From Macrostomum lignano (lineage: Eukaryota), in the NCBI GenBank assembly GCA_002269645.1, contig NIVC01000334.1:120693-184692 (forward strand): a DNA stretch of 64,000 nt, in the 5' to 3' direction. A program made the translations under genes and the position numbers. The notes beneath the pieces were generated by a model. It saw only the letters and a program-made list of their open reading frames with translations. It had not been told where the DNA came from and did no database searches. Shown here piece after piece: positions 34,885-49,040 of the stretch; the first letter of the stretch is position 1; each line of letters begins with the position of its first letter.

Positions 34885-37800
34885 ACATGAGATCTCTGAT
34901 CTCTCATTGAGATTTCTGATCTCACCTAAGATCTCTGATCTCTCATTGAGATTTCTGCTCCCACCTAAAATCACTGATCTCTCATTGAGATTTCTGATCC
35001 CACCTAAGATCTCTGATCTCTCATTGAGATTTCTGATCCCACCTAAGATCTCTGATCTCTCATTGAGATTTCTGATCTCACCTAATATCACTGATCTCTC
35101 ATTGAGATTTCTGATCTCACCTAATATCACTGATCTCTCATTGAGATTTCTGCTCCCACCTAAAATCACTGATCTCTCATTGAGATTTCTGATCCCACCT
35201 AAGATCTCTGGTTTCTCATTGAGATTTCTGATCTCACCTAAGATCTCTGATCTCTCATTGAGATTTCTGATCTCACCTAAGATTTCTGATCTCACCTAAG
35301 ATTTCTGATCTCACCTAAAATCACTGATCTCTCATTGAGATTTCTGCTCCCACCTAAAATCACTGATCTCTCATTGAGATTTCTGATCCCACCTAAGATC
35401 TCTGGTCTCTCATTGAGATTTATGATCTCACCTAAGATTTCTGATCTCACCTAAGATTTCTGATCTCACCTGAGATTTCTGATCTTACCTAAGATTTCTG
35501 ATCTCTCATTGAGATTTCTGATCTCACCTAAGATTTCTGATCTCACCTAAGATCTCTGAACTCTCATTGAGATTTCTGATCTCACCTAAGATTTCTGATC
35601 TCACCTAAGATCTCTGAACTCTCATTGAGATTTCTGATCTCACCTAATATCACTGATCTCTCATTGAGATTTCTGATCTCACCTAAGATCTTTGATCTCT
35701 CATTGAGATTTCTGATCTCACCTAATATCACTGATCTCTCATTGAGATTTCTGATCTCACCTAATATCACTGATCTCTCATTGAGATTTCTGATCTCACC
35801 TAAGATCTCTGATCTCTCATTGAGATTTCTGATCTCACCTAATATCACTGATCTCTCATTGAGATTTCTGATCTCACCTAATATCACTGATCTCTCATTG
35901 AGATTTCTGATCTCACCTAAGATCTCTGATCTCTCATTGAGATTTCTGATCTCACCTAATATCACTGATCTCTCATTGAGATTTCTGACCTCACCTAATA
36001 TCACTGATCTCTCATTGAGATTTCTGATCTCACCTAATATCACTGATCTCTCATTGAGATTTCTGATCTCACCTAATATCACTGATCTCTCATTGAGATT
36101 TCTGCTCCCACCTAAAATCACTGATCTCTCATTGAGATTTCTGATCCCACCTAAGATCTCTGGTCTCTCATTGAGATTTCTGATCTCACCTAATATCACT
36201 GATCTCTCATTGAGATTTCTGCTCCCACCTAAAATCACTGATCTCTCATTGAGATTTCTGATCCCACCTAAGATCTCTGGTCTCTCATTGAGATTTCTGA
36301 TCTCACCTAATATCACTGATCTCTCATTGAGATTTCTGCTCCCACCTAAAATCACTGATCTCTCATTGAGATTTCTGATCCCACCTAAGATCTCTGATCT
36401 CTCATTGAGATTTCTGATCTCACCTAATATCACTGATCTCTCATTGAGATTTCTGCTCCCACCTAAAATCACTGATCTCTCATTGAGATTTCTGATCCCA
36501 CCTAAGATCTCTGGTCTCTCATTGAGATTTCTGATCTCACCTAAGATCTCTGATCTCTCATTGAGATTTCTGATCTCACCTAATATCACTGATCTCTCAT
36601 TGAGATTTCTGATCTCACCTAATATCACTGATCTCTCATTGAGATTTCTGATCTCACCTAATATCACTGATCTCTCATTGAGATTTCTGATCTCACCTAA
36701 AATCACTGATCTCTCATTGAGATTTCTGATCCCACCTAAAATCACTGATCTCTCATTGAGATTTCTGATCCCACCTAAGATCTCTGGTCTCTCATTGAGA
36801 TTTCTGATCTCACCTAAGATCTCTGATCTCTCATTGAGATTTCTGATCTCACCTAAGATTTCTGATCTCACCTAAGATTTCTGATCTCACCTAAAATCAC
36901 TGATCTCTCATTGAGATTTCTGATCCCACCTAAAATCTCTGGTCTCTCATTGAGATTTCTGATCTCACCTAATATCACTGATCTCTCATTGAGATTTCTG
37001 CTCCCACCTAAAATCACTGATCTCTCATTGAGATTTCTGATCCCACCTAAGATCTCTGGTCTCTCATTGAGATTTCTGATCTCACCTAAGATCTCTGATC
37101 TCTCATTGAGATTTCTGATCTCACCTAAGATTTCTGATCTCACCTAAGATTTCTGATCTCACCTAAAATCACTGATCTCTCATTGAGATTTCTGCTCCCA
37201 CCTAAAATCACTGATCTCTCATTGAGATTTCTGATCCCACCTAAGATCTCTGGTCTCTCATTGAGATTTCTGATCTCACCTAATATCACTGATCTCTCAT
37301 TGAGATTTCTGCTCCCACCTAAAATCACTGATCTCTCATTGAGATTTCTGATCCCACCTAAGATCTCTGGTCTCTCATTGAGATTTCTGATCTCACCTAA
37401 GATCTCTGATCTCTCATTGAGATTTCTGATCTCACCTAAGATCTCTGATCTCTCATTGAGATTTCTGATCTCACCTAAGATTTCTGATCTCACCTAAGAT
37501 TTCTGATCTCACCTGAGATTTCTGATCTTACCTAAGATTTCTGATCTCTCATTGAGATTTCTGATCTCACCTAAGATTTCTGATATTATCTAAGATTTCT
37601 GATCTCACCTAAGATTTCTGATCTCACCTAAGATTTCTGATCTCACCTAAGATACTCTGATCTCTCATTGAGATTTCTGATCCCACCTAAGATCTCTGAT
37701 CTCTCATTGAGATTTCTGATCTCACCTAAGATCTCTGATCTCTCATTGAGATTTCTGATCCCACCTAAGATCTCTGATCTCTCATTGAGATTTCTGATCT

Positions 37801-38420
37801 CACCTAAGATCTCTGATTTCTCATTGAGATTTCTGATCTCACCTAATATCTCTGATCTCTCATTGAGATTTATGATCTCACCTAAGATTTCTGATCTCAC
37901 CTAAGATTTCTGATCTCACCTGAGATTTCTGATCTTACCTAAGATTTCTGATCTCTCATTGAGATTTCTGATCTCACCTAAGATTTCTGATCTCACCTAA
38001 GATTTCTGATCTTACCTAAGATTTCTGATCTCTCATTGAGATTTCTGATCCCACCTAAGATTTCTGATCTCACCTAAGATTTCTGATCTCACCTAAGATT
38101 TCTGATCTCACCTAAGATTTCTGATCTCACCTAAGATTTCTGATCTCACCTAAGATTTCTGATCTTGCCTTGAGATTTCTGATCTCACATTAAAATTTCT
38201 TATCTCACATTGAGATCTCTGATCTCGCTTGATATCTCTGATCTCATTTTGAGATTTTTGATATCCCTTTTAGATGTCTGATCTCATATTGAGATCTCTG
38301 ATCTCAAATTGAGATCTCTAATCTCTCAGCGAGATCTCTGATCTCACATTGAGATCTCTGATATCATATTGAGATCTCTAATCGCTCAGTGAGATCTCTG
38401 ATATCATATTGAGATCTCAT
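34885..38420. repeat. 39-bp satellite (TTGAGATTTCTGATCTCACCTAAGATCTCTGATCTCTCA)n built from 19/20-bp subunits, with a higher-order trimer
   Basis: Visible 3.5-kb array; the 13-aa period of the ORF-track translations gives 39 bp. Confidence 0.97.
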
Positions 38421-38883
38421 ACACCGTAAGCCAATCAGCGACCACTCATCCACCTTCAAAATGGCAGGTTTGGCCTTCCGAGTACAGTGTATTGAACTTC
38501 TTTCTCGGGGAGAAGAGCTGCTTCTGCAAGCTTAGATTCTGAGCCTCCTCGGTTCAGGCCTAATCTCTCGTGTCCCCTTTTCTCCCGCTCAGTTCCACGC
38601 CGGCCCTTCCTAGCCGCTGATTTTCCGCCTCTTCGACCAACCGTTCAAAAGAAATGAAATAAATGAAGAACTTGGAGCCGTTTTTTGGGGGGGAGGGAGG
38701 GTGCGGCTTTTTTGACCATGACGGTTTTTAGGGATCACGCAGAATTAAAAAGGGGGAAAATATCGTGGCTTGCAGCTCAAACTGAGCACACAGGGACATT
38801 TTAACTCGGGGTGGGGGGATAAGTGGATCTTGAAGACGTTCTGAATATTTAAGGTTGCACCCACCTTCCATCCTTATTTGCAG

Positions 38884-39160
38884 GGCTTCTACATCTACTT
38901 GTACTCAGTCAGCCTCCTGTTCCTCATCTATGTGTACGCCTTCCTGGTTCGGGAGGAAGCTGGCAGGCGATCGGCCTGCGGCGGCGGTGGTGGCAGCGGC
39001 GTTGGCGGCGACATGGCCGGCGATGGCTCCGTGGCTTTTCTTGGAGGTCACTCGACGGCGCGCCCGTCAGGAGGCGGCGGCAGCCACAGGCGCCGATTCT
39101 TGGTCAGGGCGTCGCTCAGCGGAGGGGCGGGCAGCTTTTACCTGCGGCTGGGGGCCATTG
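38884..39160 (+). CDS. Otop: Otopetrin-like gene, exon 5 (TM2, loop, start of TM3)
   Basis: CCTTATTTGCAG|GGC ... ATTG|GTGAGC; GFYIYLYSVSLLFLIYVYAFLV...GAGSFYLRLGAI. EGFY.YLY and GSFYLR.GA are hallmark otopetrin motifs. Confidence 0.93.
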
Positions 39161-39224
39161 GTGAGCGGAGGGATGGTTGAGGAGGTGGCGGAGGAAAGAG
39201 AGGGGTGCGTTTGAGAAACTAATA

Positions 39225-39770
39225 AGGGACACGTGACAGAGGGATATGTGACATAGGGATATGTGACAGAGGGATATGTGACATAGGGATATGTGACATA
39301 GGGATATGTGACAGAGGGATATGTGACAGAGGGATATGTGACAGAGGGATATGTGACAGAGGGATATGTGACAGAGGGATATGTGACAGAGGGATATGTG
39401 ACAGAGGGATATGTGACAGAGTGATATGTGACAGAGGGATATGTGACATAGGGATATGTGACAGAGGGATATGTGACAGAGGGATATGTGACAGAGGGAT
39501 ATGTGACAGAAGGATATGTGACAGAGGGATATGTGACAGAGTGATATGTGACAGAGGGATATGTGACAGAGGGATATGTGACAGAGGGATATGTGACATA
39601 GGGATATGTGACAGAGGGATATGTAACAGAGGGATATGTGACAGAGGGATACGTGACAGAGGGATATGTGACAGAGGGATATGTGACATAGGGGTATGTG
39701 ACAGAGGGATATGTGACTGAGGGATATGTGACAGAGGGGTATGTGACAGAGGGATATGTGACAGAGGGTT
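39225..39770. repeat. 15-bp minisatellite (GGGATATGTGACAGA)n, ~36 units
   Basis: Visible. Confidence 0.97.
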
Positions 39771-40844
39771 CTGGTGTCACTAAGGGTTTGCAGATGACTC
39801 AGAACTCCATAGCAGCATCCGCAGCCACTGTCCCTAGCACTGTCTTGTACTTTACCAGCCGCACTGATTCCTGCAGAGATTCTCGCCCTAAACAGTCAGG
39901 CGTCCCCTCCGGCCTTCTCTTCTATTAGACAATGGATTTTCATTCCGCAAATTTACTGGCAGCAGAAATCCTGCCCACCTTCTCTAAAGAAGAAACTCTT
40001 GCCAGCCGGGCAATTTGGCTGCTCACTTTTCTGCGCCAAGCTGTCTCCTGCTGCTTTCCCATTAAATATTTATCAGCGACCTCGGGACCTCAGGCGAGGA
40101 CACGGGAGTAGGGGGGGGGGTGGAAAGCTAGAAAGAAGAAGAAGACACCACGAAGAGGCTTGTAGTAGAAGCAGAGAAACAGACAGGACAGGAATGAGAC
40201 GCTGTGGCTCTTCTTCTGGCTCATTTCTGGCGGCCGAGAGGCGCAGCTGCCTTGAGGAAAATTAGGATATTAGCAAAAGAGGGATTACGTAACACCAAAG
40301 ACCGGATCCGGGGGGGGGGCGCTGTCTCACTCTCAGCTTCTGTGTTTCAGTCTCATTGAGTTCTCAATCTCTCTTGCTCTCTCTCTCTCTCTCTCAGCAA
40401 GAGAGAGAGCTCTCTCACCTGCTCAGAAATTAAAAAAATGAGAGCTAAATTGGCCTGGTGATGCTGGGCGGGATGCGATGAGGAGTTGCTGCCGCGAGCG
40501 AGTTGCCATTCACAGACAGGGGGGTATATTTCCTAAAGGTGATGACAAAAAGGTGAAGTAATTAGGCGATTCGAGTGCACTCAGGGGCGATGCGAGGCAG
40601 TTGAGCATTCTGCAGTGTATGGTGAAAATTCTGATTGAAGATCCATTCATAGATATCGCCGTTCTTTTACGATCTCAGTGTGGGAATAAAATGAGGGATG
40701 AGGCATTTAATTAGGCGCACAAATAAAGATGTTGACATGTATAAGGGTCGCCATTAGGTAGGCTATTAGGGAGTAGGGACTACATTATAGAAAATAAACA
40801 CCAAAATGTAGACTTGTAGAGGCATAAGGACTGCATTAAAGAGG

Positions 40845-41290
40845 CCATTAGGAACTGCATTAGAGAGGCTATTAGGGACTGCATTAGAGAGGCCATTAGG
40901 GACGCATTAGAGAGGCTTATTGGGAACTGCATTAGAGAGGCTATTCGGGACTGCATTAGATAGGCTTATTAGGAACTGCATTAGAGAGGCTATTAGGGAC
41001 TGCATTAGAGAGGCAATTCGGGACTGCATTAGAGAGACTTATCAGGAACTGCATTAGAGAGGCTATTAGGGACTGCATTAGAGAGGCTTATTAGGAACTG
41101 CATTAGAGACTCTATTAGGGACGGCATTAGAGAGGCTATTAGGAACTGCAGTAGAGAGGCTATTCGGGACTGCATTAGAGAGGCTATTAGGAACTGCAGT
41201 AGAGAGGCTATTCGGGACTGCATTAGAGAGGCTGTAATTAGGATGTAATTAGCAGTTACATTAGAGAGGTTATTAGAGACTGCATTACAG
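40845..41290. repeat. 24-25-bp minisatellite (GGGACTGCATTAGAGAGGCTATTA)n
   Basis: Visible. Confidence 0.93.
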
Positions 41291-42244
41291 ACGCTAACAT
41301 GGGAGAGGGTTCATAACAGAGCAATTGGTTCTGCTAACATCCGATGCCCCTCAGCAGCCATCAACGAACCGAAATGCGTGTACGCGCGCAACTTCAATTT
41401 TCAAGAGTTGAAACTCCCGATTCAAAACTACATTAGCAGCTTAGTTTTCTGGGGGATTTCTGTAAGAATCGTTCAACAGAATCCCACCCTCTCTACCCTC
41501 ATTTTCCCAATCCTTTTAAAAGCGGGGCTGGGTGGACAATCTGGAATTTGAAAATGACCAAACGGAATGGTGGTGGCCTGGGCCCTGCTAGGCCTGTAGG
41601 ATTTCAATAGGCCATGGAATTTTCCCAAATCCCAAGCTGCCAGCCAGTAAGAAGACGACCTTGGCTTGCATTTTTCAATTTTTATTATTGTCAAAAAATC
41701 AACATGGCAAATTTTGGCTGGGAGTTTTTTTGCCCGGCGACAAGCAGTCCGCATTCGGGGAAAGAGATGAGGCTTCATCAGCTTCCCCTTCGCTTTCAAA
41801 CATTCTCGGAGCGCACTTTTTTCCCGAAAGCAAAATCTGATTTCTGTGTTGCTGCTTCTGGGAGAAATCGTAATCGGTTTCCTGGAATGAATCGCGACGA
41901 AAAAATTGACTAGAAAAAAGGGGAAGAGCGAGACACAGGGGGGGGGAGCGCTGAGCTCGGGACGCATGGGAGCATGGGATTCCTTAGCTTCTATCTGGGA
42001 TCATTTGATTTTTGCCTGGGATATCTCCCGCCCGATCTCTGTTTTTAGCGGACTTCCCCTGCGCTGTGAGGATGGGGGCAATCGGGGTTGAAGGCTTTTG
42101 GAAATCAGGATCACGTGATCTACTTTATTAGTCCGCTGAAAAACTGTATAGTGCATCAAGAAGGCTCTGGCTGAAATTTCTTGAATCCTCTTTGAGTCCA
42201 CAGGTTGGGTCTTGCAGCTTAGCTCAGAGCATTGGTTGGTTGGT

Positions 42245-42560
42245 TGGTTGTGGTCATAGACAGATGCTTAGAGAATCGGTTGTGGTCATAGACAGATGCT
42301 TAGAGAACCGGTTGTGGTCATAGACAGATGCTTAGAGAACCGGTTGTGGTCATAGACAGATGCTTAGAGAACCGGTTGTGGTCATAAACAGATGCTTAGA
42401 GAACCGGTTGTGGTCATAGACAGATGCTTAGAGAACCGGTTGTGGTCATAAACAGATGCTTAGAGAACCGGTTGTGATCATAAACAGATGCTTAGAGAAC
42501 CGGTTGTGGTCATAGACAGATGCTTAGAGCACCGGTTGTGGTCATAGACGACAGATACTT
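42245..42560. repeat. 32-bp minisatellite (GAGAACCGGTTGTGGTCATAGACAGATGCTTA)n
   Basis: Visible, ~10 units; its 3' part recurs at 48378-48500. Confidence 0.95.
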
Positions 42561-42935
42561 AGAGCACTGGTCATGAAAAAATAGGATCAAATGAATGCTT
42601 TGTACTAAAGCTGCCACTGAGGTCACAATCCAGCTGGAATCCCCTTGGCTTGTTTCTCCCCAAATCCCAGAAAACGAATCCCAATAAGTGCTGATCACGG
42701 CGGGTTTTCGCCGCTCCCCGAGGATTAAACTCGAAACGCACAAAAAACTCAGCAGGATTTATTCGGCTGATCCGAGTCGCCCTGGCGGCTGTTTCTCGAA
42801 TACTCGGTCTAATTGTGCCCCCCCCCTGCGGAGGCGGCCCACCTCCGCCACTGCTGCTCTGTCTCTCCCCTTTTGCCTCACGGGCGTTGTCCCCAAAATT
42901 TGTCCCAGATGCTCATCGCGCGTCCGCTCCCGTGA

Positions 42936-42988
<53 letters not shown>

Positions 42989-43056
42989 CTCTCCTTCTCA
43001 TTTCCTCTCATCCTCAGGCTTCAATGTTTCCTGTCCGAGCGCGGATGAAAGCGCTG

Positions 43057-43099
<43 letters not shown>

Positions 43100-46000
43100 C
43101 AGCTCGAGCTCGAGTCGGAGGCGGAATCTTCCCTGTCGTCTCCGCCTCGCCCCTCCCCCCGCCGCCCTAGCCCCTGTCATTTGGCACTGAGCCAAGAACA
43201 ACAACAGCGGCGGCAGCAGCGGCAAACCCCCCATGCATGTTTCCCAGTTGCTGATGAAGACGACACGGAGGAAGAGCTGAGGGAAACTGGGGATGGGGCG
43301 GATTAGCTGCTGCTCGATCCGCATGCGAATTAATATTTCAGAAGCTGGCGCAGGAGGCAGCAACTGTTGGGCGCGGTGGTTGCTGCGTGCGGAAGGATTA
43401 AGAGTGGCGGCAAAACTCGGTTTGACAGGCCCCCAGTGTCTGCCCTCCCCCTTCCAGGCGAAAAAATATGTGTGTCCCCAGAGTGAGAGGCATGGCGTGG
43501 TGGCCTGCGGCAGATATAAACTCGATGGCTGCGACACGAATGACCTCTAGGATTTTACTAGCCATTGTTCTCCTTGGCAACTGGGATCCGACCACACTGC
43601 GAGGCAATTTCTCAATAATTATAAGAAAACACGTTGATTGATAAGCATCACGAATAAAATTGCATTTTGACCGACACAGAGGTCAGGGTCAGGAGAACAT
43701 ATGGATTGGAATAGAGAATGATCCAGAAAGGCCTAGATGGAAGAGAGAGGAGGATAGAAAGGTAGATAGAGAGGTAGATAGAGAGGTAGATAGAGAGGTG
43801 GACAGGGGTAGATAGGGAGGTGGACAGGGCTAGATAGGGAGGTGGAAGGGGTAGATAGAGAGGTGGACAGGGAGGGTTCATAGACAGAACAGAGGTAGAT
43901 AGAGAGGTAGACAGGGAGGGTTCATAAACAGGAGAGGTAGATAGAGAGGTAGACAGGGAGGGTTCATAAACAGGAGAGGTAGATAGAGAGGTAGACAGGG
44001 AGGGTTCATAAACAGGAGAGGTAGATAGAGAGGTAGACAGGGAGGGTTCATAAACAGGAGAGGTAGATAGAGAGGTAGACAGGGAGGGTTCATAAACAGG
44101 AGAGGTAGATAGAGAGGTAGACAGGGAGGGTTCATAAACAGGAGAGGTAGATAGAGAGGTAGACAGGGAGGGTTCATAAACAGGAGAGGTAGATAGAGAG
44201 GTAGACAGGGAGGGTTCATAAACAGGAGAGGTAGATAGAGAGGTAGACAGGGAGGGTTCATAAACAGGAGAGGTAGATAGAGAGGTAGACAGGGAGGGTT
44301 CATAAACAGGAGAGGTAGATGGAGAGGTGGACAGGGAGGGTTCATAGACAGAACAGAGGTAGATGGAGAGGTGGACAGGGAGGGTTCATAGACAGAACAG
44401 AGGTAGATGGAGAGGTGGACAGGGAGGGTTCATAGACAGAACAGAGGTAGATAGAGAGGTGGACAGGGAGGGTTCATAGACAGAACAGAGGTAGATAGAG
44501 AGGTAGACAGGGAGGGTTCATAGACAGAACAGAGGTAGATAGAGAGGTAGACAGGGAGGGTTCATAAACAGGAGAGGTAGATAGAGAGGTAGACAGGGAG
44601 GGTTCATAGACAGAACAGAGGTAGATAGAGAGGTGGACAGGGAGGGTTCATAAACAGTAGAGGTAGATAGAGAGGTGGACAGGGAGGGTTCATAAACAGG
44701 AGATGGAGAGATTGAGAGGCAGTGACGCGGAAAAGCAGGGGACACTAAGAGGGGACATTATGGGGCGCAAGGCAGCGGGCCAGATATTTGTCAGCAATCA
44801 GCAGGAATGCGGGGCATCGCACTCGAGGCCCGAACGCCCCAGAAGGCCCAGTTAATGGCTGAGGCTTTGGCGGAGCCTCCGCAAAGCTGGACTTCACCAA
44901 CCGGCAATAGAGGGGGGGGGTCCCGCAGAGCGACCCCGTGTCGTACGACCCCCCCCCCCCTGGTTTGTCGCGTCCAGCTTTGATCCCCTAATTACTTGGA
45001 TGGGATCGGCTCGGTAGGCAAGGAGGAAGAGAGGGGGGGGGGGGCGTCGCCTCGGACGGAAAATGCGGCAGCTTCCGATGCTTCACAATGTTGCACTGAG
45101 CTTGTTGGGGGGAGGGGGTTGGGAAAGTCGAAAGTGAAGTGGATGGCAAAATATGTAGCCTTGGGATAGTAAATAACTTTTCGGGCTTTGCGAAGAAACT
45201 TGTTTTTATTAGATAGGGTAGAACCTTTCGTTGTTAGGGTAGAATCTTTAGTATATTGGGGTAGAACCGTCATTAGATAGTATAGCACCTTCATTACGAG
45301 CGTAGATAGGGTAGAACCTTCATTAGATAGGGTAGATGTTGTGGCCGCTGGCCAAATAAATGAAATCGCATATTTGCACATTCACAACAGTAGAATTTTC
45401 ATTAGATAGGGTAGAACTTTCATTAGATAGGATAGAACCTTCATTAGATAGGGTAGAACCTTCATTAGATAGGGTAGAACCTTCATTAGATAGGGTAGAA
45501 CCTTCATTAGATAGGGTAGAACCTTTATTAGATAGGGTAGAACCTTCATTGGATAGGGTAGAACCTTCATAAGATAGAGTAGAACCTTCATTAGATAGGG
45601 TAGAACCTTCATTAGATAGGGTAGAACCTTCATTAGATAGGGTAGAACCTTCATTGGATAGAGTAGAACCTTCATTAGATAGGGTAGAACCTTCATTGGA
45701 TAGAGTAGAACCTTCATTAGATAGGGTAGAACCTTTATTAGATAGAGTAGAACCTTCATTAGATAGGGTAGAACCTTCATTAGATAGGGTAGAACCTTTA
45801 TTAGATAGGGTAGAACCTTTATTAGATAGGGTAGAACCTTCATTAGATAGGGTAGAACCTTTATTAGATAGGGTAGAACCTTCATTAGATAGGGTAGAAC
45901 CTTTATTAGATAGGGTAGAACCTTCATTAGATAGGGTAGAACCTTCATTAGATAGGGTAGAACCTTCATTAGATAGGGTAGAACCTTTATTAGATAGAGT

Positions 46001-48377
46001 AGAACCTTCATTAGATAGGGTAGAACCTTCATTAGATAGGGTAGAACCTTTATTAGATAGGGTAGAACCTTTATTAGATAGGGTAGAACCTTCATTAGAT
46101 AGGGTAGAACCTTTATTAGATAGGGTAGAACCTTCATTAGATAGGGTAGAACCTTTATTAGATAGGGTAGAACCTTCATTAGATAGGGTAGAACCTTCAT
46201 TAGATAGGGTAGAACCTTCATTAGATAGGGTAGAACCTTCATTAGATAGGGTAGAACCTTCATTAGATAGGGTAGAACCTTTATTAGATAGAGTAGAACT
46301 TCAGCGAATAAAGGTAAACCCTTCAGTGCATAGGTTGGTCATTATTGCTAGTTTGCCAACAATTTCAGAGGTGCCATTCCCGTGAGACTGATGAAGAACA
46401 GAGGCTGGGAATTTGTTCAACCCTCAGAGAGTGTCACCATGTGTGCGCCAACTCCTCTACCCCCTCGGCAGGGGATCCCGGAGTGCTGCAAAGAATTTCT
46501 TTCAGTGCTTCAGTGCGCTGGTGACCGCACCAGGGCCAGACCAAAGTCCCGATGATGGGAAAACACACGGGGCAGAAATGGCGCTTGAATAAGAGGAACA
46601 TTGGTTAAAATTGAAAGAAGCCAAAGCATAGGGTTGGGGTGGTGGTTGGTGCCTTAAAACAGTTCCAGGTGAGCCCCGGTAAGGGCTAACGACTGTGGGA
46701 GAAGAGACGCAGAAAGGTGCTGGGCAGTGGGAAGAGAGCGCCCAGATCCCATTCCGTCCTGCAGGATTGCGCATTGATATGCAGGATTCCAGCTCACTCA
46801 CATTCTCTCTTTAACTCTCAGCATTATCCTGTCCTTCAAAACGCCCCACAGAGTCTGCACAGCCCAAAGCTATCAGCAGCTCTGTTCGACTCTCTCTGAA
46901 GTTGCAGTTTTTGCTGCCAGGCCAAGTTGGGAGAGAGGAGAGATGGGCAGAGAGGAGAGATGGGAGAGAGGAGAGATGGGGAGAGAGGAGAGATGGGGGG
47001 AGAGAGAAGATATGGGCAGAGAGGAGAGATGGGCAGAGAGGAGAGATGGGGGGAGAGAGAAGATATGGGCAGAGAGGAGAGATGGGGAGAGAGGAGAGAT
47101 GGGGAGAGAGGAGAGATGGGAGAGATGAGAGATGGGGAGAGAGGAGAGATGGGAGAGAGGAGAGATGGGGAGAGAGGAGAGATGGGAGAGAGGAGAGATG
47201 GGGAGAGATGGGGAGAGAGGAGAGAGATGGGGAGAGAGATTGGGAGAGAGATCGGGAGAGAGATCGGGAGAGAGGAGAGATGGGCAGAGAGGAGAGATGG
47301 GGAGAGAGGAGAGATGGGGAGAGAGGAGAGATTTGGAGAGAGGAGAGATGGGGAGAGAGGAGAGATGGAAAGTGAGTTTGAGCACTGGGTCAAGGCAGTG
47401 AGAGGTCAGTACTGACCGGCAGTACTCAGGAGGCAGGGTCAGATCAGTCTATTGAGGCTCTCTCCCGGCACCCTTGGCCGAATCCAATTTCTGCCGTGAA
47501 ATTAAGAAAGCCATTATTGATAATAATAATTACTGAGAGGCAAAGTCAAACAAAACAAAACGCTACGAAAATTGAAGGCAAAAAATCGAAAATACCCGGT
47601 GGATGTTAAAAAGAGAGAGCGCCAGTCGGCAAACTCAGGGTCTGTCTGTGCTCACAGCAATTATCTCATGGCCATTCACTCATTCAGTCTCACGTCGCTT
47701 TCATACTGCCTAACCTCAGCTTTTGGGGATTGCAGGCATAGCTTAGATCGATTATTAGCCAAGGATCTCCCTGGGGCTATCGCCGTATTAACCCTTGAAA
47801 ACTCTCCGTGCGACCCCGCCTCCCCTGTGTGACAGGACTTATCAAGTTACCGCGCTAAGTTGTCCTCTCACCCACCCCTTTCTCTCCTCCTCTGCCTCCT
47901 CCTCTCTTTTTTTGTTCATTCTATCTTTCACCTTGTCAACGTAATAGTCTACTGACAATCTACTGACAATTTACTGACAATCTACTGACAATCTACTGAC
48001 AATCTACTGACAATCTACGGACAATCTACTAAAAATCTACTGACAACCTACCGACAATCTACCGACAATCTACTGACAATCTATTGACAACCTACTGACA
48101 ATCTACTGACAATCTATTGACAATCTACCGACAATCTACTGACAATCTACGGACAATATACTGACAATCTACGGACAATCTACTAAAAATCTACTGACAA
48201 CCTACCGACAATCTACGCTCGTACTGACAGTCTACTGACAATCTCCTGACAATCTACTGACAATCTACTGACAATTTACTGACAATCTATCTCCTAACAA
48301 TCTCCTGCGAATCTATCTACTTACAATCTACTGACAATTAACCTACTAACCATCAAACTCCAATCAAACTCCAATCA
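42432..48377 (+). repeat. Copy 1 of a ~5.9-kb direct tandem duplication (contains 42-bp, 21-bp, GA-rich and 11-bp arrays plus unique sequence)
   Basis: Paired identical ORFs, e.g. 42510/48456, 43878/49819, 46717/52362, 47572/53216. Confidence 0.97.
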
Positions 48378-48882
48378 AGAACCGGTTGTGGTCATAAACA
48401 GATGCTTAGAGAACCGGTTGTGATCATAAACAGATGCTTAGAGAACCGGTTGTGGTCATAGACAGATGCTTAGAGCACCGGTTGTGGTCATAGACGACAG
48501 ATACTTAGAGCACTGGTCATGAAAAAATAGGATCAAATGAATGCTTTGTACTAAAGCTGCCACTGAGGTCACAATCCAGCTGGAATCCCCTTGGCTTGTT
48601 TCTCCCCAAATCCCAGAAAACGAATCCCAATAAGTGCTGATCACGGCGGGTTTTCGCCGCTCCCCGAGGATTAAACTCGAAACGCACAAAAAACTCAGCA
48701 GGATTTATTCGGCTGATCCGAGTCGCCCTGGCGGCTGTTTCTCGAATACTCGGTCTAATTGTGCCCCCCCCCCTGCGGAGGCGGCCCACCTCCGCCACTG
48801 CTGCTCTGTCTCTCCCCTTTTGCCTCACGGGCGTTGTCCCCAAAATTTGTCCCAGATGCTCATCGCGCGTCCGCTCCCGTGA

Positions 48883-48933
<51 letters not shown>

Positions 48934-49001
48934 CTCTCCTTCTCATTTCCTCTCATCCTCAGGCTTCAATGTTTCCTGTCCGAGCGCGGATGAAAGCGCT
49001 G

Positions 49002-49040
<39 letters not shown>

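Noticed and set aside
35582-36875. 429-aa and 416-aa ORFs on opposite strands with an LRR-like look (IRNLNERSVILGE)
   Set aside because: Translations of the 39-bp satellite; the unit length is a multiple of 3 and lacks stops by chance. No splice context, and it lies in an otopetrin intron.
43061-43306. GC-rich ORF (and its duplicate 48759-49247) with an acidic tail
   Set aside because: It begins in a GT microsatellite, has no recognisable domain and no consistent splice partners.
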